Below are positions 51,866 through 64,000 of a DNA stretch of 64,000 bases, in pieces. The stretch's first letter is position 1; each line of letters opens with the position of its first letter. The stretch is from Fonticula alba ATCC 38817 (taxonomy: Eukaryota; Protista; Nucleariida), in assembly GCA_000388065.2 (NCBI GenBank), contig KB932206.1. One strand, given 5' to 3'. The position numbers were made by a program, and so were the translations under genes. The notes under the pieces are model-generated. The model saw only the letters and a list, made by a program, of their open reading frames with translations, did no database searches and was not told the DNA's origin.

Positions 51866-53077
51866 CCGGCAATAATAGTAATAATAATACTCAGCAGGAG
51901 GAGGGCAAAAAAAAAAAAAGACCCCCCCCCCCCCCGCCCCTCCCTCGAGGGCCATCCTTCCTTCCGAGACGGCGCGCGCCCCTTGCCACTAGAGGCGAGA
52001 CAGGGCCGGGCTTCTCGCTCGCCGGTGTAACATATCCTCCCTTCATTTGTCCTCCCCTCGCCCCTCCCCCATAGAGAGAGAGAGAGATGACACACACACA
52101 TACACACATGCACCACACACACACATACGAGTGAGGGCGATGGTGAGAGGGAGGCGGGAGCAGGGGAGCGCGGGGGGGAGGGGGGGGGGGGGGGGACCCC
52201 CCAGGCCGGCATCGCCCCCCGGAGGCAGGGGCGCCGCCGGCAGGAAGTGCTCCAGGGCCTGGGGCAGGGGAGACTGCCAAGAGCTTAACCCGGCTGGTCG
52301 GATTTCCCGCCCCAGTTCAATTTGGACACGTGACGTATATTTAATAAACCGAGATTCGATCCACCTGCGCTGTGACGCGACAACAGCGGAATGGTGTTCG
52401 CTCGGTGTGTGTGGGTTTAGCCGAAATCATTGTGGGCCGTGGCTTGCCGCGGTCTGGCGGAGGGGGGAGCGGCGAGGCCGGCTGTGGCGGGGTGTTTTTT
52501 ATTCGATTGTGGGGTTCGCATTGGACTCGCCGCCTGGAGCTGGGCCTTTGCCCCGCGTGCGCCTCTTCCCCGGATCGTGGGCGAGAAATGCCCCAAGAGG
52601 CGTTGAACTTTTTCGGCATGCCCTCACGCCCGGGGCACGGGGGACCCCGCCGATATATCCGCACGAAGGGTTCCTCATTTCTTATTTATTTCTTCGGGAC
52701 TTTCACGTGTGGGGGATTATGCAAGGCCTTGAAGATTATCGCTCGCCGGGGCCCCATGCCTTCGGGTCTGTGTGGCTGTGTGATCCTCACGGGTGTACGT
52801 TGCTGGCAGAGGTGCCCGGCCGGAGGGGGCCTACGGCCTCATCGGCTGTGTCGGCCTTCGCCTCGGAATTGACGAGCCAACGCTCCCGGTGAACGCTGCG
52901 CGATGCACTCCCCCTCCTCCCTCTCCCCCATCCGAGAGCCTCCAGACAGACCGCCAGGCTCCTGCCCATTTCTGGCATGGGCAGCAAGGCCCATGGTCGC
53001 GGCAGCCACTGTAGACACTCCAGAAACCCCCCGGGGCTGCACTAAGGCACCATGTGAGCACCTCTGGCAGCAGCAGC

Positions 53078-53096
53078 ACGTGTGCTCTTCCGATCT
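53078..53096 (+). other. Illumina TruSeq adapter fragment ACGTGTGCTCTTCCGATCT (assembly contamination)
   Basis: Exact match to the 3' end of the read-2 primer/indexed adapter. It separates two identical 146-bp copies (52932-53077 and 53097-53242). Confidence 0.95.
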
Positions 53097-53461
53097 CCGA
53101 GAGCCTCCAGACAGACCGCCAGGCTCCTGCCCATTTCTGGCATGGGCAGCAAGGCCCATGGTCGCGGCAGCCACTGTAGACACTCCAGAAACCCCCCGGG
53201 GCTGCACTAAGGCACCATGTGAGCACCTCTGGCAGCAGCAGCTTAGAGCGCGACAGCTAGACTGTAGCGGAGCAGGTGGGGGAGGCGACGAGGGCAGGAG
53301 AGTAAGCAGCGGGAGAGCCATGCGCCCGGTGCCAAGCACCCAGGGCCGGCATGTCGGCCGACGATGGAAGGGCAGCCCGGCCAGGGGCAGGCCAGGGGAG
53401 TGGGAGCAGCCTGGTCTCGGCAATCTGCACTCCCGGGTGCAGGCCCCCCGCCGCTTGCACA

Positions 53462-53480
53462 AGATCGGAAGAGCGTCGTG
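53462..53480 (+). other. Illumina TruSeq adapter read-through AGATCGGAAGAGCGTCGTG (assembly contamination)
   Basis: Exact match to the reverse complement of the universal adapter end. It separates two identical ~178-bp copies (53284-53461 and 53481-53658). Confidence 0.95.
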
Positions 53481-53995
53481 GGCGACGAGGGCAGGAGAGT
53501 AAGCAGCGGGAGAGCCATGCGCCCGGTGCCAAGCACCCAGGGCCGGCATGTCGGCCGACGATGGAAGGGCAGCCCGGCCAGGGGCAGGCCAGGGGAGTGG
53601 GAGCAGCCTGGTCTCGGCAATCTGCACTCCCGGGTGCAGGCCCCCCGCCGCTTGCACATCCCGCGGCAAGTACGCGGGGGTGGGCTTGATGGCGGGAGAG
53701 GCAGCGCGGCCCGTGGCGGTTGCAGGCCCATGCAGCCGGCGGCCCAGGGGGAATGGGTGTGCACACCTTTTTTCGGCCGGCATGCCTCCGGCCACTGGTG
53801 CCCCATGCACATGTCATTCCCTCCTCCGCCATTGGACACTCTGTCCCCTTTCCATTCTCCTTCGCCCGTTCGCTTTCACACACACAGCCCGACATGTACC
53901 TCTCGCGCATTCCCACCACCCTTCCGCCTGGCACCTCCGCGGGGAATTGTGCCGAATTTTGCAGCCTCACCCTGTTCCGGGAGTATCCTGCCACT

Positions 53996-54029
<34 letters not shown>

Positions 54030-54386
54030 CAAGGAGGCCAGGCGTCCGGGAGGAAGCCCTCGGCTCCTGCTCTCCTGCCGATCTGCTGTCTGCTATCTTG
54101 CATAACTTTGCCTGGCCTCCCGACCGGGCGCCCTGCCCCTTGTGCCCCCGCCGCCTCTCTGACATACTGCATTGCGCCCCGCCATCCCTGCTCCTGTTGC
54201 CTGGCAGATTCTTCCCCCCGTCGACCACTCCCCGTACGCATGGCATCACCCCCCTGCCTCGCTGTGCCGGACCATGACAACCATGCATTACCATCGCCCG
54301 CCGTGCTAACACTGTGCCTGTGCCTCCGGATTCCCACCGCCCTCATCTCCATTGCACCAACATACACACACACACACACACACACA

Positions 54387-54421
<35 letters not shown>

Positions 54422-54474
54422 TCGGCTCCATGTTGGGCACCGACACCGGGTCGTCACCACCCCCCAGGTCCACC

Positions 54475-57400
54475 ATGAGGCCCTCGGCGCGGGATTTGCT
54501 CCGGCGGCTGCTGTTGGCGACGATGCTGGCGGCGCTGGCTCTTGCGGCCACCACCGCCCTAGCCCGGCAGCCGGTTCGCCTCTCGTCGGCCCCCCCGGTC
54601 GGGGCCATTACCCTGCCAGCCGGGGCATCCTACAGCACCGGCACCACCACCGGCGAGGTGCACATCAGCGACCCGGTGAAGACCGTGCGCGAGGAAATCA
54701 CCAGCACCCCCGATGGCGACCGGATTACCACCATCACCACGACCACCGTCACCAAGACCTCCACCGTGAGCACGCTGGTCCCGCCGAACATCGCCACGCT
54801 GGAGCGCCAGTCCGACAAGGCCAGCATCGGGGGCGCTCGCCCGGCCATCGGTGGCTCGGCCGTGCCCCTGTCATCGACCCAGATCCATCAGAAGCTCCAG
54901 GCCGAGGAGCGCCAGCGCCAGCAGCAGGCTCCGGCGGCCAGCCGGTCCGGCCGCGTGGCCGGGTGGGACTTGCAAAAGGGCCCCTCGGGCGGGTGGTCGT
55001 ATGCGCGCATGGCCGGTGCCGGCACCGGCCGGCAGGCCGGCCAGCCCGGCAGCCGGTCCATGAACATCAATTGGGATGCCAAGCTGAGCGATTTGCGCGG
55101 CGACACGGGGCCCGAGCCGGCTCGCCAGTGGTTCCGCGCGTACCGCCGCGCCGCCGGGCCCGGTGCTGGCGGCACCGGGGCATCTCGCACCACGCACGAA
55201 TACGCCAAGGCCGATGGCAAGCAGGCCGCCCATCGGCCGGCACCGCACCATGATGATGGACATGCCCAGCGGGCCGCCGGTGACGAGCCGCACAGCCACA
55301 TCGTTCGCCGGGTGGTCCCGAGCCCGGTGCTCGGGGACGACGCCCACCGCCGGGTCATGTGGTCGGCCGACGCACAGAATGTCCTCTACACCTCGGAAGC
55401 CAAGAAGAGCCTGCGCCAGCATTACAGCCGCTGGAATGGGCTGGTCGTGCCGGGGATCGTTTGCCTGGCGGCCTTCTTCTTCTACCGGTGGCTGGCCAAC
55501 CAGGTCCGGCGCTCCAACTCCCGGTGGATTGGGGCCGGCATTCGCAACGACTATGCCGAGCGCAGTGCCATTGCCTATACGCGCCGCCAGCACCAGGCCC
55601 CGGACCATGGCGGCTCGGACACGGCCATGTCGGCCGCCGCCCATCGAAGCCAGGACCTGGCCCGCGCGGTGGACGCCTTCCGCGAGGACTGGGATGGGCG
55701 GGTGGTCAGCATCATCCATGCGGTCATCAGCACCACCCTCTCCCTGGCGTGCATTCGCGCCGACGAGGCGGTCCTGCGCCACGGCAGCCCGGAATACCAG
55801 CTGGGCTACTACAGTGCGTGCGGTGCCCCTGGTCCCGGGTCGTCGGGCCTGCTCATTCCTTTCGCGCTCGTTCTGCCCACCCGGCCTCCCTCCCGGCGGG
55901 GGGGAGGGGATGCTTTTGGCTTTTGGTCGTCCGGCTGGGTTGGAGGGGGGGGGGGGCAGGGCGGGGACCCAGCCCTGTGGGCCTGCTGGACTTCGCCATT
56001 CCCCGGAACAAGCGCCGGGGGATGGCCCACCCCCGTGCCGTCCGACAAAGACCACTGACCCCGCACGCGCCGCACATCGCGAACCACCCACACACCATGG
56101 ACTGTGCCCGCCCATGCGTGTGCACCGGCGGCGGCAAAACAGCCTTCGGTGCCACCCCCCTGCATGTTCTCACCCTGGCCGCCAGCTGCGGCTACATGAT
56201 CTATGACTCGCTGCACATGGCCCGGATCCGGCCCTGGACCGGGGGCGACACGGCCATGACCCTGCACCACATCGGCTGCGCCATGGCCTTCGTCCTGTCG
56301 ATGGTCAGCGGCCTGGGCCGGGCACATGTCTGCTCGCTGCTCATCACCGAGAGCACCACCCCCTTCTTCCACACCCGGTGGTTCATCCGCCGGCTGAAGG
56401 AGTACAACCAGGCGCGCTTCGAGCGCGAGGAGCGCGAGTTCATTCGCGACCAGTGGCGGCCGGCCCTGGCCCAGGTGTCGGACTACGCGCCGGCCCTGGC
56501 CCGGCTGAGCCAGGAGTCGGTCCTGGCCCCGGATGGCGTGATGTATCCCGGGCAGCCGGCCCTCCGGCCGGTGCTGGTCGATGGGCGCACGGTGGCCGCC
56601 CTGCACAGTGGCCATGGCGCCGGGGCGGCCCTGGCGGCCGCCCATGCCGAAGCCCCGGGCGGCCACATCGACTCCATCGAGCGCCTGGATGACGGCCGGT
56701 GGAACCAGTTCACCGAGGAGCAAAAGTCCGTCATTTGGAGCCGGCACCGGCGCTCGGTCCGGGCCTTCAATGCGCTGCTCCACCGGGCCAAGGTGACGGC
56801 CGACCTGCTGTTCGCCGTGATGTTCTTCACGGTGCGCATCCTCAGCGGCGGGCGCAATCTCCTCCACATCATGGTCAACTGCCTGCAGGCGCTGGTCCTG
56901 CCGCCGCGCGAGGCCAGCCTCAGCCGCGGCCTCACTCGGCCACACCGGTGGACGGCCCTCACTCTGAGTGGCCTGGCCGTGGCGCACTTCGCCCTGAACT
57001 TCGGCTGGTTCTTGATCATCTGCCGGACGGTCCTCCGCGCGGCGTACACGTCCCTGGTCTCCTGGGCCGGGCCCGGGGCCAGCAGCCTCTTCGGCCTGTC
57101 CGGGCTGACGGGCCTCCGGGACTTCAGTGTCCGGGTGACGGCCGGACGCGATGCCCCGGCCGCCACGACCGAGGCCCGGTATGCCGACCGGTCGGCCAGC
57201 TACCGCCGCCGCCGGCCCGAGGGGGCGGCCAGCCTGCCGTCATCGGTCAGCGCCAGCAAGCCGGGCCAGTGGTTCGACGACCGGCTCCGGTCCCGGCCGG
57301 CCGAGCGCCTTTCGAGCTTGCTTTCCTCGCCCCCGCGGCAGATGGCGGCCACCAGCGGTGGTGGTGGTGGTGGTGGTCCTCGCAGCCCCGGCAAGTATGC

Positions 57401-57617
57401 CGACGACGAGAACTGGCGCAACATCGATCGGAGTTGGGAAGCCCATGGAACCGCTTCGGGAGCCGCCTCCCCCGTGGACGGCCCCCGGTCTCCGGAGCCG
57501 CTATCGCCCCGCCTCGACCGGAAGGAGGCCCTGGATACGGGGATCACCCAGCAGGGCCGCCGGCCCGGCCATGTGGCTTCTGTTGGTACGCGTCGCCCCC
57601 GGCATCAACGGCGGTAG
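54475..57617 (+). CDS. TLC (TRAM-LAG1-CLN8) domain membrane protein, TMEM56/TLCD4-like, with long N- and C-terminal extensions
   Basis: Exons 54475-55813 and 56143-57617, in phase. Motifs EDWDGRVVSIIHA, SCGYMIYDSL, LHHI, LITESTTPFFHTRWFI, LLFAVMFFTVRI and LNFGWFLII. Confidence 0.8.
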
Positions 57618-57951
57618 CACGCTCGGGGCCTGGTGCTCTCGTGTGTGTGTGTGTGTGAATGCTCTGGTTTGCCGGCCAGGGAGGGGGCGGGACCGGGAAG
57701 GAGGAGGAATGGCTGTGCTCCGCCGCTGCATGGGGGGGGGGCCGGGGAGGGAGAGACTGGCACCTGCCGCGAGCGCACCGGAGCCTGCAATTGCTGCGCC
57801 GTCCTCTCGCGCGCATCTGCCTCGCGTCCCAGTGCGATACGTTGGTCCCCCAAGAAAGGGCCGAAGAGCACCAGCGTCTCCTGGGGCACATGTTTTCGCT
57901 CTTTTTTTCCCGTCCCCCTCCCTTTGCGCCTGGTGGAGAGAAATGGACATT

Positions 57952-57988
<37 letters not shown>

Positions 57989-58178
57989 CCGAGACGACAC
58001 CCTCCTCCTCCCCCCCTCGAAAGGCGAAGGGGGAGGGGACATGCGCAGGGGAGGGGCCTGGGGGAGGAGCACATTGTCCCGATGCAGCCTGTGAACCATC
58101 CAAGCCGCGGGATTCCAACCGACGCCACTCCGGGGAACGAGGCGTGGAGATGGGGGCGAATGCAAAGATAGAGCCACC

Positions 58179-58211
<33 letters not shown>

Positions 58212-58313
58212 GCAGCCAAAGGGCGACAAGCAATAGCCGAAAGGTCGCACAGGGGAGACCAACAGCGGGCAACCCCGGCGCGAGCTGCCCGGGATCCGAC
58301 GGAGGAGAAACCC

Positions 58314-60639
58314 ATGATGGGCTTCCCCTCCCTCCTCTCCCCGCACCGGAGTGCGAGAGTAGGTGCCCTTTTTTTTTCTCGGCCCTTGAACTGACTCGCC
58401 CCTTGGAATTGTCCCCCCACACGCGCGCCGCACGCGCGCGCAATGCACAGCCGGCCAGCCCCGGCCGGACTTCGCAAACGGCGTGACGTACTGGTTTACC
58501 TCGCGCGATCAGGACACCACCTCGGGACCCGGCGAGCAGCACGGCCATCATCGCCGCCACCAGCACCACCCCCACCACCGCCATGCCCATCAGGAGGTGC
58601 CATCTTCAGCCAGCGAACATTCGATCGCGTTGTCGGCGGCGGACTCGCACTTCTCCACGACCGACGATCTGACCCACCAGATGATGTACGGCGCCCATCA
58701 CTACCACCAGCCGCGTATGGGCGGCCCGTCGCGGGGCTCCTCCTCCGACGGGCTGAATGCCTCGGCCTCCGAGGCCGACAGTGGGCCGTCCTTTTTGCAA
58801 AGCCTCTGGTCCATCCCGGACCGGCTGAGTGACTGGCTCGGGTACACCGCCCGCCGGCAGGATTTCTTCGATCAAGAGGAGGAGGAGGAGGAGGAGGAGC
58901 ATGCCTCCCTGGAGGAGGGTGGCCGGGGCCATGTGTCCTCCTGGCGGCAGGGCCACCATCATTCGCGCCAGCACCAGCACGACCATCACCATGAGCCGCA
59001 CCGGCGTCTGGAGCACTCCCGGCCCGGAAATGCCCAGCTCTACGGCCGGTACCGGTCGCAGGAGCTCGATGACCCGCCCCTGGTGGATGCGGTCCGGGCC
59101 CGCCGCGAGGAGCGTCTTCACTCGATGCCGTCGGGGGCCGAGCAGCAGCAGCAGCAGCAGCAGCACCACAGCCACCACCATCGCCACTATTCGGCGTCGG
59201 GCGTGAGCGGCTCTCGGCACTCGGCGGGGCACATGACGATGGCCGCCGGCGAGGCGGCCGGCGCTGGGCGTGGTGGGGGCGGGCCGTCGCGCTTGGCGTC
59301 GGGCTCCTCCCACCCCCGGGACGGCGGCACCCGCAGCGCGAGCATCGACTACACCATCTCCGCGCGCCTGCGCTCGGACGCCTCCATGAGCGACCTGCTG
59401 AGCTTCGGGCCGGACGACTCCTCCGGCACTGGCAGCGGGTCCGGCAGCACCTCCAGCCGGCACGCGGCCGGCATGGACGCCGCCTCGACGGCCCTGGGGG
59501 GAGATGGCCGCGGCCCTGCTGCGTCGGCGGCGCCGGGGGAGCAGGCGGCCCGCCTGCGCCGGGAGCCGGCGGCCGGCAGCGGCACGGGCACAGGCGGCGG
59601 CCTCTTCGACCTGCGGGAGGATGAGGATGCCCACCAGGTGGCCATCTGCCGGATGAGCTGCAACCACACCACGCAGATGGTGTCCGGCCACAAGGAGGAT
59701 CTGTTCATCGATCCGGAGCTGTGTCCGGTGCCGATGCAAGGCCGGTCGTCGTTCATCACGTCCGAGAGCGGCACCGTGCCGGCCGGGCCGCTGGATGAGC
59801 GGTTCCTGCACTGTGCCCCGGGGGTGGCGGCCAACCGGCGCAACCTTTCCATCAATGTCGGCGACGAGTGGTCCTCGACATTGCGCGGAACCGAGGTGGA
59901 GATCGGCAGCCCGCGCGACCTGCCCGAGGGCGAGTACTTCAACCTGCAGCTGGACAGCATGAACCTGGCCCGGCCGATGATCCACTACAGCATCCTCTCG
60001 TCCGGCAGCCAGGCGGTCCAGCCGGTGGAGATCATCGAGGGCCTGGACACCTCGCCACCGCGCCAGTCGTATTTGGAAAAGAAGATGCGCGAGAATCCGG
60101 AATTGTGGGGCAGGCCCGCGGGGGCGGCACCCGGCGACGGCCCGGAGGAGCCCCGCGTGGCGCGCTTCTTCCCCAGTGAGGACTCCCGCGCGTCCGGGTC
60201 CTCCTCCTTCTCCTCCGAGGACAGCCTGAGCGCCGGTGGCGGCCCGGGCAGCAGCGGCTCCGTCGGGGGCGATTCGGCCATCACCGGGGGTGACCATTTG
60301 GCCGCGGCCGCCGCCGGCGGCAAGGCTCCCATGCGTCGGTCGGCGCGTCGGGCGGCGGCGGCCGCCGCCGCCGCGGCAGCTGCTGCCTCCTCCTCGGACG
60401 CCACCGCCGCCGCCTCCTCCGCCGCCACCAAGGCCAATGCCAAGCAGGGTCCATCGGCCAAGTCGACCACCCCCCAGCCATCGCACAAGAAGGTGACCTT
60501 CCTGTCGAAGGAGGCCGCAGCCGCGGCGTCCGGGGGTGCCGTGTCGTCCAACAACTCCTCGGACGACTCGAGTGTGCCGCTGGCCGAGCTGGTGGTGCGC
60601 GCCGTCACCGGGGGCCGCAGCAGCACCGCCAAGCAGTAG
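58314..60639 (+). CDS. Hypothetical ~740-aa low-complexity (His/Glu/Gln/Ser/Ala-run) protein with a central non-repetitive segment
   Basis: Long ORF 58451-60639 follows a CAG acceptor. An in-phase first exon 58314-58350 (MMGFPSLLSPHR|gtgcga) is proposed. Codon style matches the other genes. Confidence 0.7.
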
Positions 60640-61769
60640 TGTGTGTGTGTGTGCGTATGTCCTGCGCGCCACCGGGCGGGAGAGGGGGGGGGGCGGATGG
60701 ACGAGCGGTCAGCCTGGGGCGCGAGAGAGCAAGAGAGCGACCGAGAAAGAGAGGCGCAGAAAGAGGGCTCCCGTCTGATGTGAAGGCGCGAGGTGGTAGA
60801 CGCGCGTTGGGCCACGGCGGCAGGAGAGAGAGGCGCGGAGAGGGGGGGGGCGGGCCAGAGAGAGCGAGAGAGAGAGGCATGCACCGCCCTTGCCACAGGG
60901 AAGCGGATGCCCCCCTTGCACACGGTGTGCGGGGCCTCGGTACGCGCCTGTCGGAGAGAGGGCGTGCCCCTGGCCGGTGGCGCGCTGGAAAGCGTGTGCC
61001 CCGCCATGTGTACATCCAACCTCCCCACATTTCCTCCCCCCCCCCCCTCCCGGCCCCTCCGCCCAACCCCGCCGCCTCTGTCCGGCGCCCTGGGTGTTTC
61101 CCCCCTGGCCCTCCCCCCCTGCCGCGCGCGGTGGTGTGCGAGAATAACGATGATAACACCTCGCAGGCCGGCGTGCGGTGGAGAAAAACGCGCGCGCGCG
61201 CGCGCGCGCGTGATGTACCCCCCGCAAAAAGGGAGAGCTTGGACGAGAGAGCGAGAGAAAGAGAAAAGGCGCGAACAATGCCGAGCATTCGAGATAATAC
61301 AATTATATTCTGTGCTGGATATCTGGATTTCGGCAGAAGCTCCGCGTTGTTGAATGGTGTTCTCGGGCGCTTGAGCGGAGCACGTTTCTGCACCGTCGCC
61401 GGACGTGTGCCGAGGGCGCCCTCCTGGGAGAGGAGGGGGATGGGCGTTGGCAATGTCCCCCCGTCCCCCGAAGAACTCGTTCCCCGTCTCGGGGGGTGGC
61501 AGCTCCCGGCGGAGGGGCGCCCGGGCAAAAAGGAAGACCGAGGAACGAGGGGGCGTTGTTAGGCAGAGGGAGCCTGGCTGCCCTGCGGCCAAACCGGCTG
61601 CCTGCAGGGGGAAGGCGGGACATTAGCCTGAGAGAGGGACAAGGATCGGTGGTGGTCCGGTGGCGACAATGCCGATGAAGGCGCGGCCATGCTGTGACGG
61701 CGATCGAGCGCTCGTGATGCTGGGGCGGCCGTGTCAGGGTTGGGTGAGGTGGTTCCCAGGGCGGGGGCT

Positions 61770-61827
<58 letters not shown>
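61770..61827. repeat. Poly-G homopolymer (58 nt), intergenic
   Basis: Seen directly. Confidence 0.85.
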
Positions 61828-61918
61828 CGGCGCGCTGCTGTCAACCGAGAGTCTGGAGGGTTATTTTCCGCTCGCGGGCGCGAGGGGTCTCGTTTCCCGC
61901 GCCAGGTGCGAGTGCATG

Positions 61919-61960
<42 letters not shown>

Positions 61961-64000
61961 GGGGGGGGGGAGAGAGATGAACCGGTGCCAGGGGGGGGGG
62001 GAACAAGCACTACAGGAAGGCCCGTCAGCGGAGTATTTTCGCTGGGCTCATGGGCGGGGGATGCGCCGGAAAGCGGTGATGTGGCGCATTCTTTGAGCCG
62101 AGGGAGGCGGGGAGAAGGCGCACACTCCGGGCGTCCTCTCATGCAGGCGTGTATGGGGCATTGCGCTCCCAAGCCAGCGCAGGCTCGTCGGAATTCCCCA
62201 GAGACCCCGGGCGAATCCGTGGAAAGGGACCACACGCCCCGCCCAGGCCCCTCGGGGCGGCGGGGGCATGTCCGTTAGGAACGCCTTGGAGGGGGAAATC
62301 AGCGAGAACTGGGGCAAGGAACAATCAGGCAATGAAGGGGACAAGAGAGAGAGAGAGAGAGAGAGAGTCCGGGGGGAGAGGGGGACCATGGAGGCGAAGG
62401 GCGCGGGGGGAACGGCCTCCCAGGCGCAGGCGCATTCCCCAGCCCCCCCGGCCTGCCGGCCCCCCGGACCGTTACATTCCAGCTGGCCCTTGGAACAGGG
62501 AGCCCCGTAGTCGCAGCATGGGCGGGTTCCCGGAAGGTCTCCTCGGCCAGTCACAAAGCCGAATCCACCAAGACCGGAGGCGGGAAGGGCAAGGGCAGTC
62601 CCCGGGCGGGGCCCAAAGCATGCAGGGGGAGGGGCCGGGGGGCAGGGGGGCAGACAAAGAGCGAGAGGGAGGCACAGAGGCAGAGCGGGCCGGAGGGGCG
62701 CGAGAGGTGCCGAGCCCGTCCGGAGGGGCTGGCGGCGAAGATGGCGGAGCAAAATGTCCCCGCCCCCGGTGAAGTGAAATATCACTCTGCAGGGTGCACG
62801 GGGAGGGAGGGTTCCCCCTCGCCGGCCCGAATGAGGGCGCCCGGACGGCCGTTGGATACGGCGCACCGGTCCGGTCAAAACATTCCTCCCACCCAGCGCC
62901 AACCCTGGATGCCCCTTGCCGGGGAGGGGCCGGGCCCTGGCAGAGGGGCCCGAGGGCGGCGGGCCGGCGGGGCGGGGGGGGGGGGGGAGAGAACCAGGCG
63001 AGCGGACGGCGTGGCCGTTCCCGTTCGCTCGGCGGCTCCTTTCGAAGGGCGCGGATTTCACACGACCCCATTTGGCGAGGGGCCGGCGCGGCTGGAATCC
63101 CACACCACTGGGTGCGAGAAGGGGTCCTGGCCGCCCTTCCAGCCTCCCGGCTGTGTGGGGTGGGTCTTGTACCGATGTGTGCACCACACAGACACACAGA
63201 CACACTCACTTGGCCCGGCTGTGTGCCGGATGTGCGGCCAAGGAGCCGGAAAAGGGATCTTAATATTGTTGGCGTTATTTGTGTCAGCGGCTCTGGCCCC
63301 TTTGCTGCGGGCCGCCTGGCGGAGGGCCACCACAAAGGAGACGGAGAGACGGGCAGGGGCGCGTTGGGAAAGGGGCCACACACACACACACTGCAGCTTG
63401 TCGGGCCTCCCTGTGTCCCCCGATACGATATCCAGCCCCCGTCGTGGGTGACGCGTGCGAGGCATGCGTGCGCGAGAGAAAAAAAAACCCCGGGGACGCC
63501 CCGCCCGCCTTGCCTCGGCCCGCCAGCCCCCCGGCCCCGCCCGGTGTCCGCCGGATCACCCAGGGTAACACCCCCGGCGGGGCGGTCCTCGTAGTTGTGG
63601 CGGGCCGCTTGTCGGGCGCGGCCGCGCCGGGGACGCCCCTCAATCGCCGGAGCGCCGCCCCGCCTTTCGGGAAGCACCCAATAGCGCGGGCACCTGAGGG
63701 GGGCAGCCCAGCTACCCGAGGGGCAGAGAGACGAGGCATGCCCGCCGGGCGGTCCTTTGAGCGTGGCCCCGGCGGGCCCTGCCGGCGGGGACCTCCCTCG
63801 TAATTGGCCTGGCACGGGGTACCTGGACACCGGCCCCCCCCCCCCCCCCCCTGCGCGCCGGGCCTGCCCTCCGCGGTGACACGCAGGGTGCACCGGCGCG
63901 GCCATGTCTCGCCGCGGACCGACGAGTCGGCGGAGGCACGCGCCGTGCGGCCCTCGGAGGCCGCGCAAGTGGCCGGCGGCTGGCTCGGCGGGCGGGGGCG

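Noticed and set aside
52340-52375. GATTCGATCC resembling a tRNA T-loop
   Set aside because: No acceptor, D or anticodon stems can be formed.
52932-53658. Repeat-spacer-repeat pattern suggesting CRISPR or a mobile element with target duplication
   Set aside because: The spacers are exact Illumina adapter sequences, the context is eukaryotic, and there are no cas or transposase genes.

Overview
This is GC-rich, intron-containing eukaryotic genomic DNA from a draft assembly. It has about 11 N-gaps, most flanked by poly-G/C or GA tracts, and two embedded Illumina TruSeq adapter fragments. The gene content (fungal-type Ras2, WAVE-complex Abi, furin-repeat receptor kinases) and sequence style suggest an amoeboid holomycotan such as Fonticula alba; this is an inference, not a database match. 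Spliced models were reconstructed by hand from GT-AG sites and reading frames. Genes in order: truncated Pro/Gln/His-rich ORF (+); Abi with C-terminal SH3 (-); Rubisco-LSMT/SETD3-like SET methyltransferase (+); orphan intronless ORF (-); Ras2/RasB (-); enolase-phosphatase E1 (+); exosome RRP43 (-); Pol I/III AC19 (+); syntaxin-18/Ufe1 (-); MRH-domain M6PR/Atg27-like receptor (+); NDUFS4 (+); stand-alone PNKP/APTX-type FHA protein (+); two tandem CxxC/furin-repeat single-pass TKL receptor kinases (+); DHX16/Prp2 (-); ADAL/MAPDA (+); TLC-domain protein (+); low-complexity orphan (+). The most interesting item is the tandem receptor-kinase pair, one RD and one non-RD, which share a 34-nt juxtamembrane micro-exon. 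Also notable are the stand-alone FHA protein, an acidic-Trp motif in Abi, and a strong pyrimidine bias at position +4 of 5' splice sites. Several apparent repeats are assembly artefacts.
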